This document shows, piece by piece, positions 28,027-40,074 of a stretch of DNA of 64,000 nt. A model generated the notes under the pieces. It did not search any database. It was not told the origin of the DNA and saw nothing but the letters and a program-made list of their open reading frames with translations. Numbering within the stretch: position 1 is the first letter of the stretch; every line of letters starts with the position of its first letter. A program made the translations under genes and the position numbers. Origin of the DNA: an uncultured Nitrososphaerota archaeon (lineage in GTDB: Archaea; Thermoproteota; Nitrososphaeria; Conexivisphaerales; DTJL01); contig CAWJIE010000004.1 in NCBI GenBank assembly GCA_963842885.1, positions 96,001 to 160,000 of the forward strand, given 5' to 3'.

Positions 28027-29170
28027 TCAGACCTTCCAGTCGATGGAGACCGTCTCTTTCCGCACGAAGACCGTGACCAGCCCCCAGATCATGGCGATCG
28101 AGCCAGACGGGAGAGTAGACCAGATAGTAGAGCAAGAAGTAGTGCGGTCTGAACTTGTAGCCCAGCACGTGGCTGAACATGATGTAGATGGCAGAGTAGC
28201 CCACGAAGCCCACCAGCATCGGCCAACCCCACCCCGAAGAAGTTCGGGAGGGCGTCGTAAGGGATGAGAGTGGGATGATGATGGGGAAGGACCTTGTGGA
28301 GAGCGGATAGCATGGCCAGCGCGAATGATGTCGATCTCGGCCACGTTCTTGAACGCCAGGCTGAAGAACGCGCTGAGGATAGTCGGGAAGATCATGATGA
28401 GGGCCGTGAGGAAGATGCCTGGGTGTTGCTTGAGCGCCGACAGGAGGGGCCTGTAGTTGTCATGGAACCAGAGAGCAGTGCCGTATGACCACCTCTTCCT
28501 CTGCGTCCACCAACCTCTCAGCGTCGAAGGGCGCGAAGGTGTCCACCTGTATGTCGTCGGCGTACTTGAAGCTTCAAGTCTTTAAGGTAAGCCCTGAGGC
28601 CCAGGTCGAGGTCTTCGGAGACGACGGTCCTGAAACCACCGACCTTCTCATAGGCCTCCCTGGTCATGGCGAAGCCCGCCCCGTTGACGCCCAGGGTCTT
28701 CTTCATCCTCTTCGCCATCATCCAGTTGGCGGCGTTGAAACCGACGTATTCGTAGTAGACGATGTTCGAAAGCAGGCCCTTCGACGACGACGCTCTTCTT
28801 CATTTCGAGCATGTCGTAACCCTCGATCTCGGCGGCCGTCTTGGAGACGATGTCCTGGTCCTTGATCACAATGTCCGAGTCCAGGAAGATGAGGACATCT
28901 CCGGTGCAAGAAGCAAAGGCTTCCTCGATGGCCTTGACCTTGCCACGTCGGTGCTCGCTGAGCATGAAGCGGATATCTCTGCCGTACCTCTGGACAAGCT
29001 CTAGACGACGCAGGGGAAGGCTCGTCGATGGCCACGATGATCTCCTTGTCCGGGTATGAATCGGCGATGAGCTTCTGCAGGGTGTCCTCTAGTGTCCTAG
29101 CCCATCTAAGGACTGGTACTATTACAGAGACCCTTCGCGGGGGAGAGGGCTCAGAATCGGCGAGAAGCAT
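28027..29170 (-). CDS. Glycosyltransferase family 2, membrane-bound (several frameshifts)
   Basis: VSVIVP, GKVKA, FLDSD, NGAGFAM, SEDLDLG spread over several frames; C-terminal TM segments. Confidence 0.8.
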
Positions 29171-29271
29171 GACCCTATGTGACCGACGTGCTCCCACCGA
29201 CTTTAAAAGGTTAGTGTCCTCGAATCGTTCTGAACGCTTAAATCGCCTCCCCAGAAGTGATTGGGAGACGT

Positions 29272-30294
29272 ATGCCCAGCATCGAAGGCAGGAAGCCGAA
29301 GGCCATGGTCCTCCTATCGGGAGGTCTCGACAGCACGCTGGCGCTCACGATGATGAAGGAGATGGGGATGGACGTCATAGCCGTCAGCTTCAAGACGCCG
29401 TTCTGCAACTTCGACTGCGGCAGCGGGGCCTGCGGCGGCAAGATAGGCGACACAACCCTGAAGTACGGCGTAGAATGGAAGCCGGTGAGTCTGGGAGAAG
29501 AGTATCTGGAGATTGTGAAGAAGCCTCGTCACGGTTACGGGAGCGCGATGAACCCTTGCGTCGATTGCCGTGTGATGATGTACCGTAGGGCCAAAGGGAT
29601 GATGAAGGAGCTGGGTGCCGATTTCATAGTCACCGGGGAGGTCGTCGGCCAGAGACCCATGAGCCAGAACCCCAGGGCCCTGGACATGATCGAGAGGGAG
29701 TCAGGCTTGGAGGGTCTCATCTTGAGGCCCCTGTCGGCCCAGCTGATGGAGCCCACCATTCCCGAGAAGGAGGGGTGGGTGGACCGAAGCAAGCTGCTGG
29801 CGGTGGAAGGGAGGAGCCGGCGCACACAGATTCAGATGGCGAAGGCCATAGGGTGGAAGGAGTACCCCAACCCGTCGGGGGGGTGCATGCTCACCGAGAA
29901 GGGGTTCGCACGTCGGTTGAAGGACCTGTTTCAACACGAAGACCATCCCGACCAGAACGACATCGACCTTCTGAAGCTAGGACGCCACCTGAGGTTGAAC
30001 CAGGGATCGAAGCTCGTCGTCGGCCGGGACGTGTTGGAGAACAGCGAAATCCCCGCTTTGGCGAGAGGGGACGACGCCCTCCTTGAGGTCGAGAGGATAC
30101 CCGGGCCCGTGGGCCTGCTGCGGGGCCTGTACGGGGAGGCCGAGCTGAATCTCGCCGCTTCCGTCGTCGCAAGATACAGCGACGCGCCCAAGGAAGCCGC
30201 GGCCAAGGTCCTTTTCAAGATCTTGTCGGGGGCCTCGGGCTCTGTGTCCGTGACGCCGATGGTCACTACAGAGGTTGCGAAGTACATACTCTAG
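29272..30294 (+). CDS. PP-loop tRNA thiouridine synthase-like protein (ThiI/MnmA-related) with C-terminal DUF814-like domain
   Basis: LLSGGLDS, NPCVDCR, TGEVVGQRPMSQ, GGCMLT, GRHLR. Confidence 0.85.
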   Translation: MPSIEGRKPKAMVLLSGGLDSTLALTMMKEMGMDVIAVSFKTPFCNFDCGSGACGGKIGDTTLKYGVEWKPVSLGEEYLEIVKKPRHGYGSAMNPCVDCRVMMYRRAKGMMKELGADFIVTGEVVGQRPMSQNPRALDMIERESGLEGLILRPLSAQLMEPTIPEKEGWVDRSKLLAVEGRSRRTQIQMAKAIGWKEYPNPSGGCMLTEKGFARRLKDLFQHEDHPDQNDIDLLKLGRHLRLNQGSKLVVGRDVLENSEIPALARGDDALLEVERIPGPVGLLRGLYGEAELNLAASVVARYSDAPKEAAAKVLFKILSGASGSVSVTPMVTTEVAKYIL

Positions 30295-30364
30295 CGCCTT
30301 TCCCCATTCGTGCCACATTGTCTCACAAATCTTATATCACCCCATTGCCACATCAATGTTCAGC

Positions 30365-30595
30365 ATGCCAATAGCTTTCGTGTTGCTAAACGTAGAGCCC
30401 GGGGGGGAGGACGAGGTTTTGCAGTCCCTCAAGAGCATCCCTGAGGTCAGAGAAGCCTATCGTGTTTACGGCGTCTACGACACAGTAGTCAAGATCGAAG
30501 CAAGCACCGCCGAGAAGCTGAAGGAGCTCATAACGTGGAAGGTGCGACGTCTGAACAAGGTGCGTTCGACGCTGACGATGCTAGCCGTGGAATGA
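30365..30595 (+). CDS. Stand-alone Lrp/AsnC ligand-binding (RAM) domain protein
   Basis: AFVLLNVEPG, VYGVYDTVVKIE, VRSTLTM. Confidence 0.9.
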   Translation: MPIAFVLLNVEPGGEDEVLQSLKSIPEVREAYRVYGVYDTVVKIEASTAEKLKELITWKVRRLNKVRSTLTMLAVE

Positions 30596-30693
30596 GCCAA
30601 GTCCCTCTGCCTGCGTAAGGGCTTCTGGATGCCGCCGGGTAGATGGCGAAATCTTTAAGCCACGTGACCAAAACACCCACTGGGTAGTAGAAC

Positions 30694-33369
<2,676 letters not shown>

Positions 33370-33424
33370 AGGGCCGGGCGCCTGCCAACATTTAATAAAC
33401 AAGCTACAACGACTCGTCCGATGC

Positions 33425-33540
33425 GGGCCCGTAGCGCAGTCCTGCCTGCGAAGGCGGGGCGAAATATGGATAGCGCGACTGCCTCCTATCCCGTCGGGGA
33501 CGAAAGCAGTAGGCCGTGAGTCCGAATCTCACCGGGCCCG
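33425..33540 (+). tRNA. tRNA-Arg(CCT) with two introns (D-loop ~15/16 and canonical 37/38)
   Basis: GGGCCCG/CGGGCCC acceptor, GCGC D-stem, ACTGC/GCAGT anticodon stem around CTCCTA; inserts at ~33440-33464 and 33489-33504; TATA TTTAATAA at 33391. Confidence 0.88.
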
Positions 33541-33663
33541 CTCCATCAACCAGCGCAGGCTGCCCCCTTGTCTTGCTGTCGACATCTCGGATGTCCGGTG
33601 ATCGGCCCGAAGAAGCTATTTTAATGCGTCCACGATAGGGACATCGTCGGAAGTCAGTCACCC

Positions 33664-34809
33664 TTGAGCAAAGTCGACTACATCAACCGCATCTTCGAGA
33701 ACCTGAGCATGGTGGACGCTGCCCAGGTCGAGCCGTTCTACCATGACCTGACGAACGCAGGCGTGATCATACCCAGCGGCGAGGGGAGGTCCAAGGGAGC
33801 GATAAGCATAGCCTGCAGCGAGCTGGCCAAGATGAGCTACGGGAAGAGGGTCCTCGACAGGGGAGACATCGGCTTCCCGGCCACCGACATGGCTTTGGCG
33901 GCACCCATACTCAGGCGGAAGTACGGTCAGGTCTGCCTGCTCATCAACTCCAGCAGCGGGAAGTCGCTGACGCCGCTTCTTGACGCGCAGAAGCTCGGCA
34001 TCTACCTGGAGAACACCGGGCAATCCCGGGACTTCAGGATAGACCTGATCACATCGGACGCCGAGTCACCGATGGGGAAGCTCTCGGCGAAGTATGGTAA
34101 CATGATCGTCCTCAAGAGCAGAGAGGAGGCCGAGACCCTCGTTGAATCGAAGGAGTTCAAGAGCTACGGCATACTTGAGGACATGTTCTCACTTGCTAGC
34201 GGGCTCCTGGCCCACAGCATGGTGGAGGCCATATGGCAGGAGGCTCCCGCCATCAAGATCCTTTCGATTGTGAAGGACATGTCCGCGGACATATCGAACA
34301 TGATGGACGACTTTGTGGGTTCGGAATACTTTGAATCCCTGATCAATTCTCTGGAACAGAGGAACACGTGCTTCTTCGCCGGCCTGGGGAGCAGCAAGGA
34401 GGTCGTGAGGATGGCGGCCGTCAGAGTGGGCCACGTTAAACGGGCGCTCGGGGACCTGGTCTACGTCTCAGGGGACTCTAACATCCCGCCGCCGAGGGCA
34501 GGAGACACGATAATAGTCGTCTCGATGAGCGGCGAGACGGAGATCGTCGCCGGCTGGTGCAGGAACTTCAAGAAGATGGGCGGGCAGATCGCCTCCATCG
34601 TCGGCACGCCCGACAGCACCATCGGCTCGCTCTCGGACCACTCCTACATCCTCAAGGGAGACTGGAAGCCTGGCACGCCCAGCAGCTTCTACATGAAGTC
34701 GGCCTTCCTCCTCAGCCCTCTCCCCATCTTCCTAGTGGAGCGCGTCGAGCAGAGGGGCCTCAAGCTGCCCGAGAACATCCTCCGGTGGCACAGGTCAGTT
34801 ATTTCGTAA
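33664..34809 (+). CDS. Double SIS-domain sugar-phosphate isomerase (two 6-phospho-3-hexuloisomerase-like halves)
   Basis: SGEGRS/SSSGKS in the N-half; AGLGSS, VYVSGD..PP..AGD..VVSMSGET in the C-half. Confidence 0.75.
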   Translation: MSKVDYINRIFENLSMVDAAQVEPFYHDLTNAGVIIPSGEGRSKGAISIACSELAKMSYGKRVLDRGDIGFPATDMALAAPILRRKYGQVCLLINSSSGKSLTPLLDAQKLGIYLENTGQSRDFRIDLITSDAESPMGKLSAKYGNMIVLKSREEAETLVESKEFKSYGILEDMFSLASGLLAHSMVEAIWQEAPAIKILSIVKDMSADISNMMDDFVGSEYFESLINSLEQRNTCFFAGLGSSKEVVRMAAVRVGHVKRALGDLVYVSGDSNIPPPRAGDTIIVVSMSGETEIVAGWCRNFKKMGGQIASIVGTPDSTIGSLSDHSYILKGDWKPGTPSSFYMKSAFLLSPLPIFLVERVEQRGLKLPENILRWHRSVIS

Positions 34810-34810
34810 C

Positions 34811-35912
34811 CTAGTCGAGGGAAGTCCGCAGGGGGAGAGTCATCTTCTCCACGTCGGTGAGGCCCTCGTAGTACTCCTTCATCCACGGGAGTATGTCCCT
34901 GCCGACGAGGTGGAGGAACCTGTGCTCGTTGGGGCTGGCGCTGTGGATGTACACGCGGTTGAATCCCATCTTTAGGAACTCGCCCAGCCTCTTGATTATG
35001 TCATCGGAATCGTCGGTGATGAGCCAGGTCTTCTTTATCCCCTCAAGCTCGGCGGGCCCCACGTTGGCCTCGAGCTCCCTTGGATCGGATATGCTCTCGC
35101 GGATCTCCTTCGGGATGGTCGGTGGGGGCCCAGTAGGAGGCGGACTTGAACGCCCTTTCATAGTCGATGTCGTAGGACACCTTGAACTCCAGACAGGTGC
35201 CCAGTTTCGATGGGTCCTTGCCAGCAGCGACGGCGGCGTCCTGCATGGCCTTCAGGATCGCGATGTGGTTCTCCAGTCCCCTGGGATTGGTGAGTATCCC
35301 GTCGCCCAGCCTGCCTGCCAGGGCGGCGACCCTCGCGTTGGCCGTGGCGATGTAGATGGGTATCTTCTTCTTCGGGGGCGTGTAGAGCTTGGCGTTGACG
35401 AGCTTGAAGTGCTTGCCGTCGTAGTTGACGAAGTCGCCCTTCCAGAGGAGTTGGATGATCTCGACTGCCTCCTCCAACCTGGCGATCCTTTCACTGGCCT
35501 TGGGCCAATCGAAGCCCAGCGGTACCTCGTTCATCTTGTGACCGGTGCCCAACGTAATGAATATCCTGCCGGGGAAGAGGCAGTCGAGGGTGGCGAACGC
35601 CTGGGCCACGATGGCCGGGTGATAGCGGCCGGTGGGAGTGGTGACGGCCGTCCCCACTTCCGTGCTGCGCGTCTGGCTCGCCGCAGCCGCCAGCCACACC
35701 CATGGGAAGACGGCCTGACCGTCCTTGTCGCGCCAGGGGGAGAAGTGGTCGCTGACGGCAATCATGTCAAAGCCCACGACTTCCGCCTCCTTCGCGTATT
35801 GGATTAGAAGCTCGGGGTTGTGCTGCTCAGCCGCTGCCCAGTATCCCACCCTTAGCTTGGGCACGAGTTTTGGAGGTGTGATGGTGGGTAGATATGCTTT
35901 TGGCCACGCCAT
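34811..35912 (-). CDS. F420-dependent LLM oxidoreductase, F420-glucose-6-phosphate dehydrogenase (FGD)-like; frameshift near 35120
   Basis: AEQ, SDHFSPW, TPTGRYHPAIVAQAFATL, EFKVSYD, WAP, ISDPRELE. Confidence 0.85.
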
Positions 35913-36099
35913 CGCGGCAGGCGTCTCGAAGTTCTCCCCCACCCACGGGGAAGCCTAGTGTCTCTCCGAAGTAAACGCGACTCCATCCAACCGCCTCCGT
36001 CGGCGACGTAGAAGTGTCATCTACGTGGCGGGAGGCAAAGCATATCCAGCGGCATCGCTGGGGGCTGTTCGGAAGAGGCGGGAGGTTGATGGTATTGAA

Positions 36100-36127
36100 T
36101 TCTTTTCCAGCAGCAATAGATATCCAA
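36100..36127 (+). repeat. Left 28-bp direct repeat (attL-like)
   Basis: TTCTTTTCCAGCAGCAATAGATATCCAA, identical to 41468-41495; imperfect match extends over 36087-36132. Confidence 0.93.
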
Positions 36128-36204
36128 GATTATGTGTCCAAGCCTGAAATAATATCCTGAAAGAACAGTCGGCGCCGTCTTGGTGCTCGAGCTAGCTAGC
36201 CGTC

Positions 36205-37662
36205 TTAGAGTTTGAGGCCTTTGGCTACGGATTTACCCAACTTCGAATCAGCTTTAGTCAGATTCGCAACCACTCGCAGTCGAATCTGTTTGTCTATGGG
36301 TGTAAGGTCTGCAACGAGGTTGTCTATCACATGTTCTTGGTCCATCTTGTCTAAGGAACGATACTTCTCTCCGGCTTGTTGGAAGTCGTTTGTTCTGCTG
36401 ATCTTCTTCTTGGTAACATCTCCATCAACGCGAAATGTGGACGCTGTTCCTGACGGAGCCTCCACGGGTGAGCCTCCGGCAATGGTTGCTGGTTCATAAT
36501 TCACAGGACCACTGTATTCTCCCATTTGCATTGACCCATCGCGCTGGCTGTTGTTGACCTCCGCCACGGGACGGTTTACTGGAATCTGTAGATAGTTTGG
36601 TCCTAATCTATGGCGCTGGGTGTCCGCGTATGAGAATGTTCTGCCCTGGAGCAACTTATCGGCGGAGAATTCTATGCCTGGAACGATGCTTGCTGGACAG
36701 AAGGCTGCTTGCTCGGTTTCAGCGAAGAAGTTCTTGGGATTGCGATTCAATACCATCTTCCCGACTGGCATCAGCGGGAACTTGTCTTCAGGCCAAGTCT
36801 TCGTTGGATCAAGCGGGTCAAAGTCTTGTTTTAGTTCATCCTCAATCTTCATCAGCTGCACAAAGAGCCCATACTCGACCTCTTCACCCTTGGCTATCGC
36901 GTTCCAGAGATCGCGGGTGAGATAGTCTGGGTCGGTGCCAGCCAGCCGGGTTGCTTCATGACGGTCAAGATTGTGAACTCCCAATCTTGGCTTCCAGTGG
37001 TATTTCACGTACTGACGTTTTCCAGCCGAGTTCACCCAGACATACGTGTTGACTCCAAAGCCCTCAGTCATCCTATAGCTCTTCGGCGTCCCGCGGTCTG
37101 AGAAGAGCCACATGATCATGTGCGTTGATTCAGGGGTCAAGGATATGAAATCCCAGAAGCTGTTGTGTGATGAAGAAGCCGCAGGTATGTTGTTGTCAGG
37201 TGCGCCCTTGAATGCATGAACCATGTCCGGGAACTTGATAGCGTCTCGGATGAAGAATACGGGAAGGTCGTTTCCAACCAGGTCGTAGTTGCCTTCTTCG
37301 GTGTAGAACTTTACGGCAAATCCGCGTGGGTCCCGCACTGTGTCAGCAGACCCCCTTCCACCAGTTACAGTCGAGAACCTTACGAATACAGGAGTTTCCT
37401 TATCTGGGTCCTGAAGGAATTTCGCCTTTGTGTAGGGCGCCATGCTCTTGTAAACTCGGAAGTAACCGTGGGCTGCTGCCCCCTTTGCGTGGACAACTCT
37501 TTCTGGGATACGCTCTCTGTCGAAGTGTGCCATCTTCTCAATGAACTGGACATCTTGAAGCAAAACCGGACCTCGTTCGCCAACGGTCAATGAGTTCTGA
37601 TTGTCAGCTATTGGCACGCCTTGATTTGTTGTCAGATGTTTCTTTTCTTTCATTCTAGGCAT
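36205..37662 (-). CDS. katA: Monofunctional small-subunit heme catalase
   Basis: HFDRERIPERVVHAKG, VRFSTV, RDPRGFAVKFY, RTFSYADTQRHRLG. Confidence 0.96.
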   Translation of the reverse strand: MPRMKEKKHLTTNQGVPIADNQNSLTVGERGPVLLQDVQFIEKMAHFDRERIPERVVHAKGAAAHGYFRVYKSMAPYTKAKFLQDPDKETPVFVRFSTVTGGRGSADTVRDPRGFAVKFYTEEGNYDLVGNDLPVFFIRDAIKFPDMVHAFKGAPDNNIPAASSSHNSFWDFISLTPESTHMIMWLFSDRGTPKSYRMTEGFGVNTYVWVNSAGKRQYVKYHWKPRLGVHNLDRHEATRLAGTDPDYLTRDLWNAIAKGEEVEYGLFVQLMKIEDELKQDFDPLDPTKTWPEDKFPLMPVGKMVLNRNPKNFFAETEQAAFCPASIVPGIEFSADKLLQGRTFSYADTQRHRLGPNYLQIPVNRPVAEVNNSQRDGSMQMGEYSGPVNYEPATIAGGSPVEAPSGTASTFRVDGDVTKKKISRTNDFQQAGEKYRSLDKMDQEHVIDNLVADLTPIDKQIRLRVVANLTKADSKLGKSVAKGLKL

Positions 37663-37766
37663 TTCGATTCAATAGCAGATGTCCGAATCCCCTATAAATT
37701 TCTATCGTCATCGCGTAGCTAGCTAGGCCGGCCAAGTGGGCATCGTACGATTGCCATAAGTGTTGG

Positions 37767-38240
37767 GTGGCTCCTGGATCAACTCCCTGGATTCCGTTAC
37801 CGGATTCCCCCAGGGTTTTACAGGCTTTTTCGGCCATTAAGCACTTCGAGGAATTCCTTGTTTCCGAAGTCAAAACGGGAGAGGTGTCGCTCTGCGATCC
37901 CTACGTGTCCCCTTCTACACTATATCCCTTCTCCGCGTTGAAGGGTGACCTTAAGATTCTTCGTATCCTTACTTCCAACATCTACGATTCTGACAAGTTC
38001 GTTGACTACCGCAGGAAGTTCGAGAAGGAGATGAAACTGGTCGTCGAAGTCAGGAAGAGTAGGCAGATTCATGACAGATATCTCCTTGCTCAGGGCCGGT
38101 GCTGGTCAATTGGGTCAAGCATCAAGGACCTGGGTAACAAGGATACGATAGTCAAGGAGATTACAGAAGTCGCTGAATCCCTGACAGACCTGTTCGCAAA
38201 GAGGTGGGCTGAAGCAGAGGCGGAGGGAGTATCGGTATGA
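37767..38240 (+). CDS. Phospholipase D-like (HDR-type) nuclease-fold protein, possibly N-terminally truncated
   Basis: LCDPY, ILTS, IHDRYLL, SIGSSIKDLG. Confidence 0.7.
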   Translation: MAPGSTPWIPLPDSPRVLQAFSAIKHFEEFLVSEVKTGEVSLCDPYVSPSTLYPFSALKGDLKILRILTSNIYDSDKFVDYRRKFEKEMKLVVEVRKSRQIHDRYLLAQGRCWSIGSSIKDLGNKDTIVKEITEVAESLTDLFAKRWAEAEAEGVSV

Positions 38241-38839
38241 CCGATCAGGACAAAGGCCTCCCACCTAGGGTTGAGATTGCATTGGAGGCCGACTATGGTA
38301 CCTTTAGGGCGAGCGTCTCAGGGTTTCTCGACCGTGACGGTGATGCCAAATCCCTGGTCGCGGCATTGGCAAGGGCATTGGCAGAAGTCAACGAGTCCAG
38401 GAAGGACATCGACGAGGCTCTCAAAGGGGTGCACCGTGCCAAAGCCCAAGCACCGGAGCCACGACAGGCTCAACCATCTCAGTCGGGACCACCAAAGGAG
38501 TCAGCGTTGCCTGCGAGAGGCAAGGCCGGAATCCTCGAGTTCTCAGAAAACGACGTTAGATACCCACCGTCAGCTTTCAAGATACTGGGGTTCCCAGAAG
38601 CAATCGCCCTACTGATGTACGAGATAGACTTACCCTTGATGCCGGCCCGGATATCCTTCCTGATAAACAGAGGCTTCAAACACATTGACCCTAAGAACAT
38701 AAGTTCGTGTCTGACGAACAAGACCAGATACAAATTGCCCAACTATGTGATAAGAGAGAGCGCGGGTTGGAGGCTCACCGGGTCAGGTAGAGTTTGGGTG
38801 GAGAATGAAATCATCCCCAGTCTGAAGGCTGGACCTTAG
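38237..38839 (+). CDS. Hypothetical protein with probable C-terminal winged helix
   Basis: ATGA overlap with the upstream gene; helix-helix-wing pattern ending GWRLTGSGRVWV. Confidence 0.65.
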   Translation: MTDQDKGLPPRVEIALEADYGTFRASVSGFLDRDGDAKSLVAALARALAEVNESRKDIDEALKGVHRAKAQAPEPRQAQPSQSGPPKESALPARGKAGILEFSENDVRYPPSAFKILGFPEAIALLMYEIDLPLMPARISFLINRGFKHIDPKNISSCLTNKTRYKLPNYVIRESAGWRLTGSGRVWVENEIIPSLKAGP

Positions 38840-38860
38840 TCGCGACTGGCCGCGCAGAGG

Positions 38861-39218
38861 ATGGAGAGGAAAGCGTTGGGCTATTCTTCAGCTGTGGACG
38901 TGGTACTGGAGGTTATCGTCTCAGGGGTGACTGGGCTTGTCTCAGGTGTAATGATAAACGCAATGGCTGTGGCCTTGTCCAACGTGGAGCCGAGCTACTC
39001 TTGGCTAGTGGGCTTGGTCCTGCCTAGTGATTATCCCCATAATAGGCGCGTTCTCTGACACAGAACAGATGATTGTGAGAGGAGCATTTTACTGCCTGGC
39101 GGTGATGATGACATCGCTGTTCATCTTCAACGATGTGGCTGAAGCAGGCTTGGCTGTTGTGGCTTTGGTTCTCACACTGATTCTGTCATACTACAAGAAC
39201 AATGACAGCGGATGGTAG
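38861..39218 (+). CDS. Small multi-TM membrane protein (frameshift near 39025)
   Basis: Two overlapping hydrophobic ORFs that join into ~4 TM helices. Confidence 0.55.
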
Positions 39219-39319
39219 TCCGGCTTGCGTAGATGACATCGCGGCTCTTCCCACCAGCGGATGAACCCATCTGGAAAGCACTCATCAATCCCCACCCATT
39301 GTGAGCTATTGGTCGAGAG

Positions 39320-39733
39320 ATGTCAATCTGGGGAGGGACGCCTCGGCGCAGAAGAACCAAGAGGAATAGAGGGAAGACCGCCTACAGGAAGGGGAAGATT
39401 GGAGAAACCAAAGTGAGGAAGCTCCTCGGGCGGCGAGGCATTAAACCCGTAACGAACCGGCTGCGGACGGCGAGCGGCGAGCATGACATAATTGTGCAGA
39501 CGAGAACAGGGAAGGCCTCCGTTGAGGTCAAGAATCTCAAGAGCCCTGTCTCCGCTGCAATGGTGGAGAAATTCGCAAAGAAGGTCAGCAAAGACAAGAA
39601 CATCGTAAAGAGGGGCATCTTCGTCTCAAAAAGCGGCTACACATCAGCAGCACGTAAAGCAGCAAGAGAACGGCACGTCAAACTGATGGACTACAAGCCT
39701 CCAAGAAGGAAAAAGTCCGGCTGGCTCTTCTGA
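39320..39733 (+). CDS. Stand-alone Mrr-like PD-(D/E)XK restriction endonuclease domain
   Basis: GE..., GEHDIIV, VEVKN, GIFVSKSGYTSAA, VKLMD; very basic N-terminus. Confidence 0.85.
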   Translation: MSIWGGTPRRRRTKRNRGKTAYRKGKIGETKVRKLLGRRGIKPVTNRLRTASGEHDIIVQTRTGKASVEVKNLKSPVSAAMVEKFAKKVSKDKNIVKRGIFVSKSGYTSAARKAARERHVKLMDYKPPRRKKSGWLF

Positions 39734-39798
39734 CCACTGAATTCGGATCCTCACCACTTGCAAAAGTTATTAATTGAGGGAGTAATGGAATGCAATGG

Positions 39799-39882
39799 AT
39801 GAAGTTAGTCAAATTTCGAACCAAGAAGGGCAAGAAAGTGTCTTTCCTCGGCCAGAGAACACAAAAAGAAAAAGGAGGATAG
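39799..39882 (+). CDS. Basic microprotein MKLVKFRTKKGKKVSFLGQRTQKEKGG (27 aa)
   Basis: Read manually; TATA-like TTATTAA at ~39766; shares a KVSF motif with the next ORF. Confidence 0.5.
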   Translation: MKLVKFRTKKGKKVSFLGQRTQKEKGG

Positions 39883-39886
39883 GTAG

Positions 39887-40024
39887 ATGCGCCAAGCCAG
39901 TTTCCTCGCGAAGTCGAAGGTGACGAAGAAAGTATCGTTTGAAACTAAGGAAGGAAAAGTGTCTTTAAAGGCCAAGGTACCTTCCAAACGAAGGAAGAAA
40001 GTAACATTCTATCACTCCAACTGA
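39887..40024 (+). CDS. Basic microprotein with repeated KV(S/T)(F/L) motif (45 aa)
   Basis: MRQASFLAKSKVTKKVSFETKEGKVSLKAKVPSKRRKKVTFYHSN; GGAGG upstream. Confidence 0.6.
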   Translation: MRQASFLAKSKVTKKVSFETKEGKVSLKAKVPSKRRKKVTFYHSN

Positions 40025-40074
40025 GAAGGGCAAAGATAATATCCACCGGTTCGTACTTACCAAGCGAGGAATAT

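Noticed and set aside
36100-36127. 28-bp repeat as an origin recognition box (TTCCAG core) or CRISPR repeat
   Set aside because: No G-string and no cdc6/orc1 nearby; only two copies 5.4 kb apart with no spacers or cas genes.
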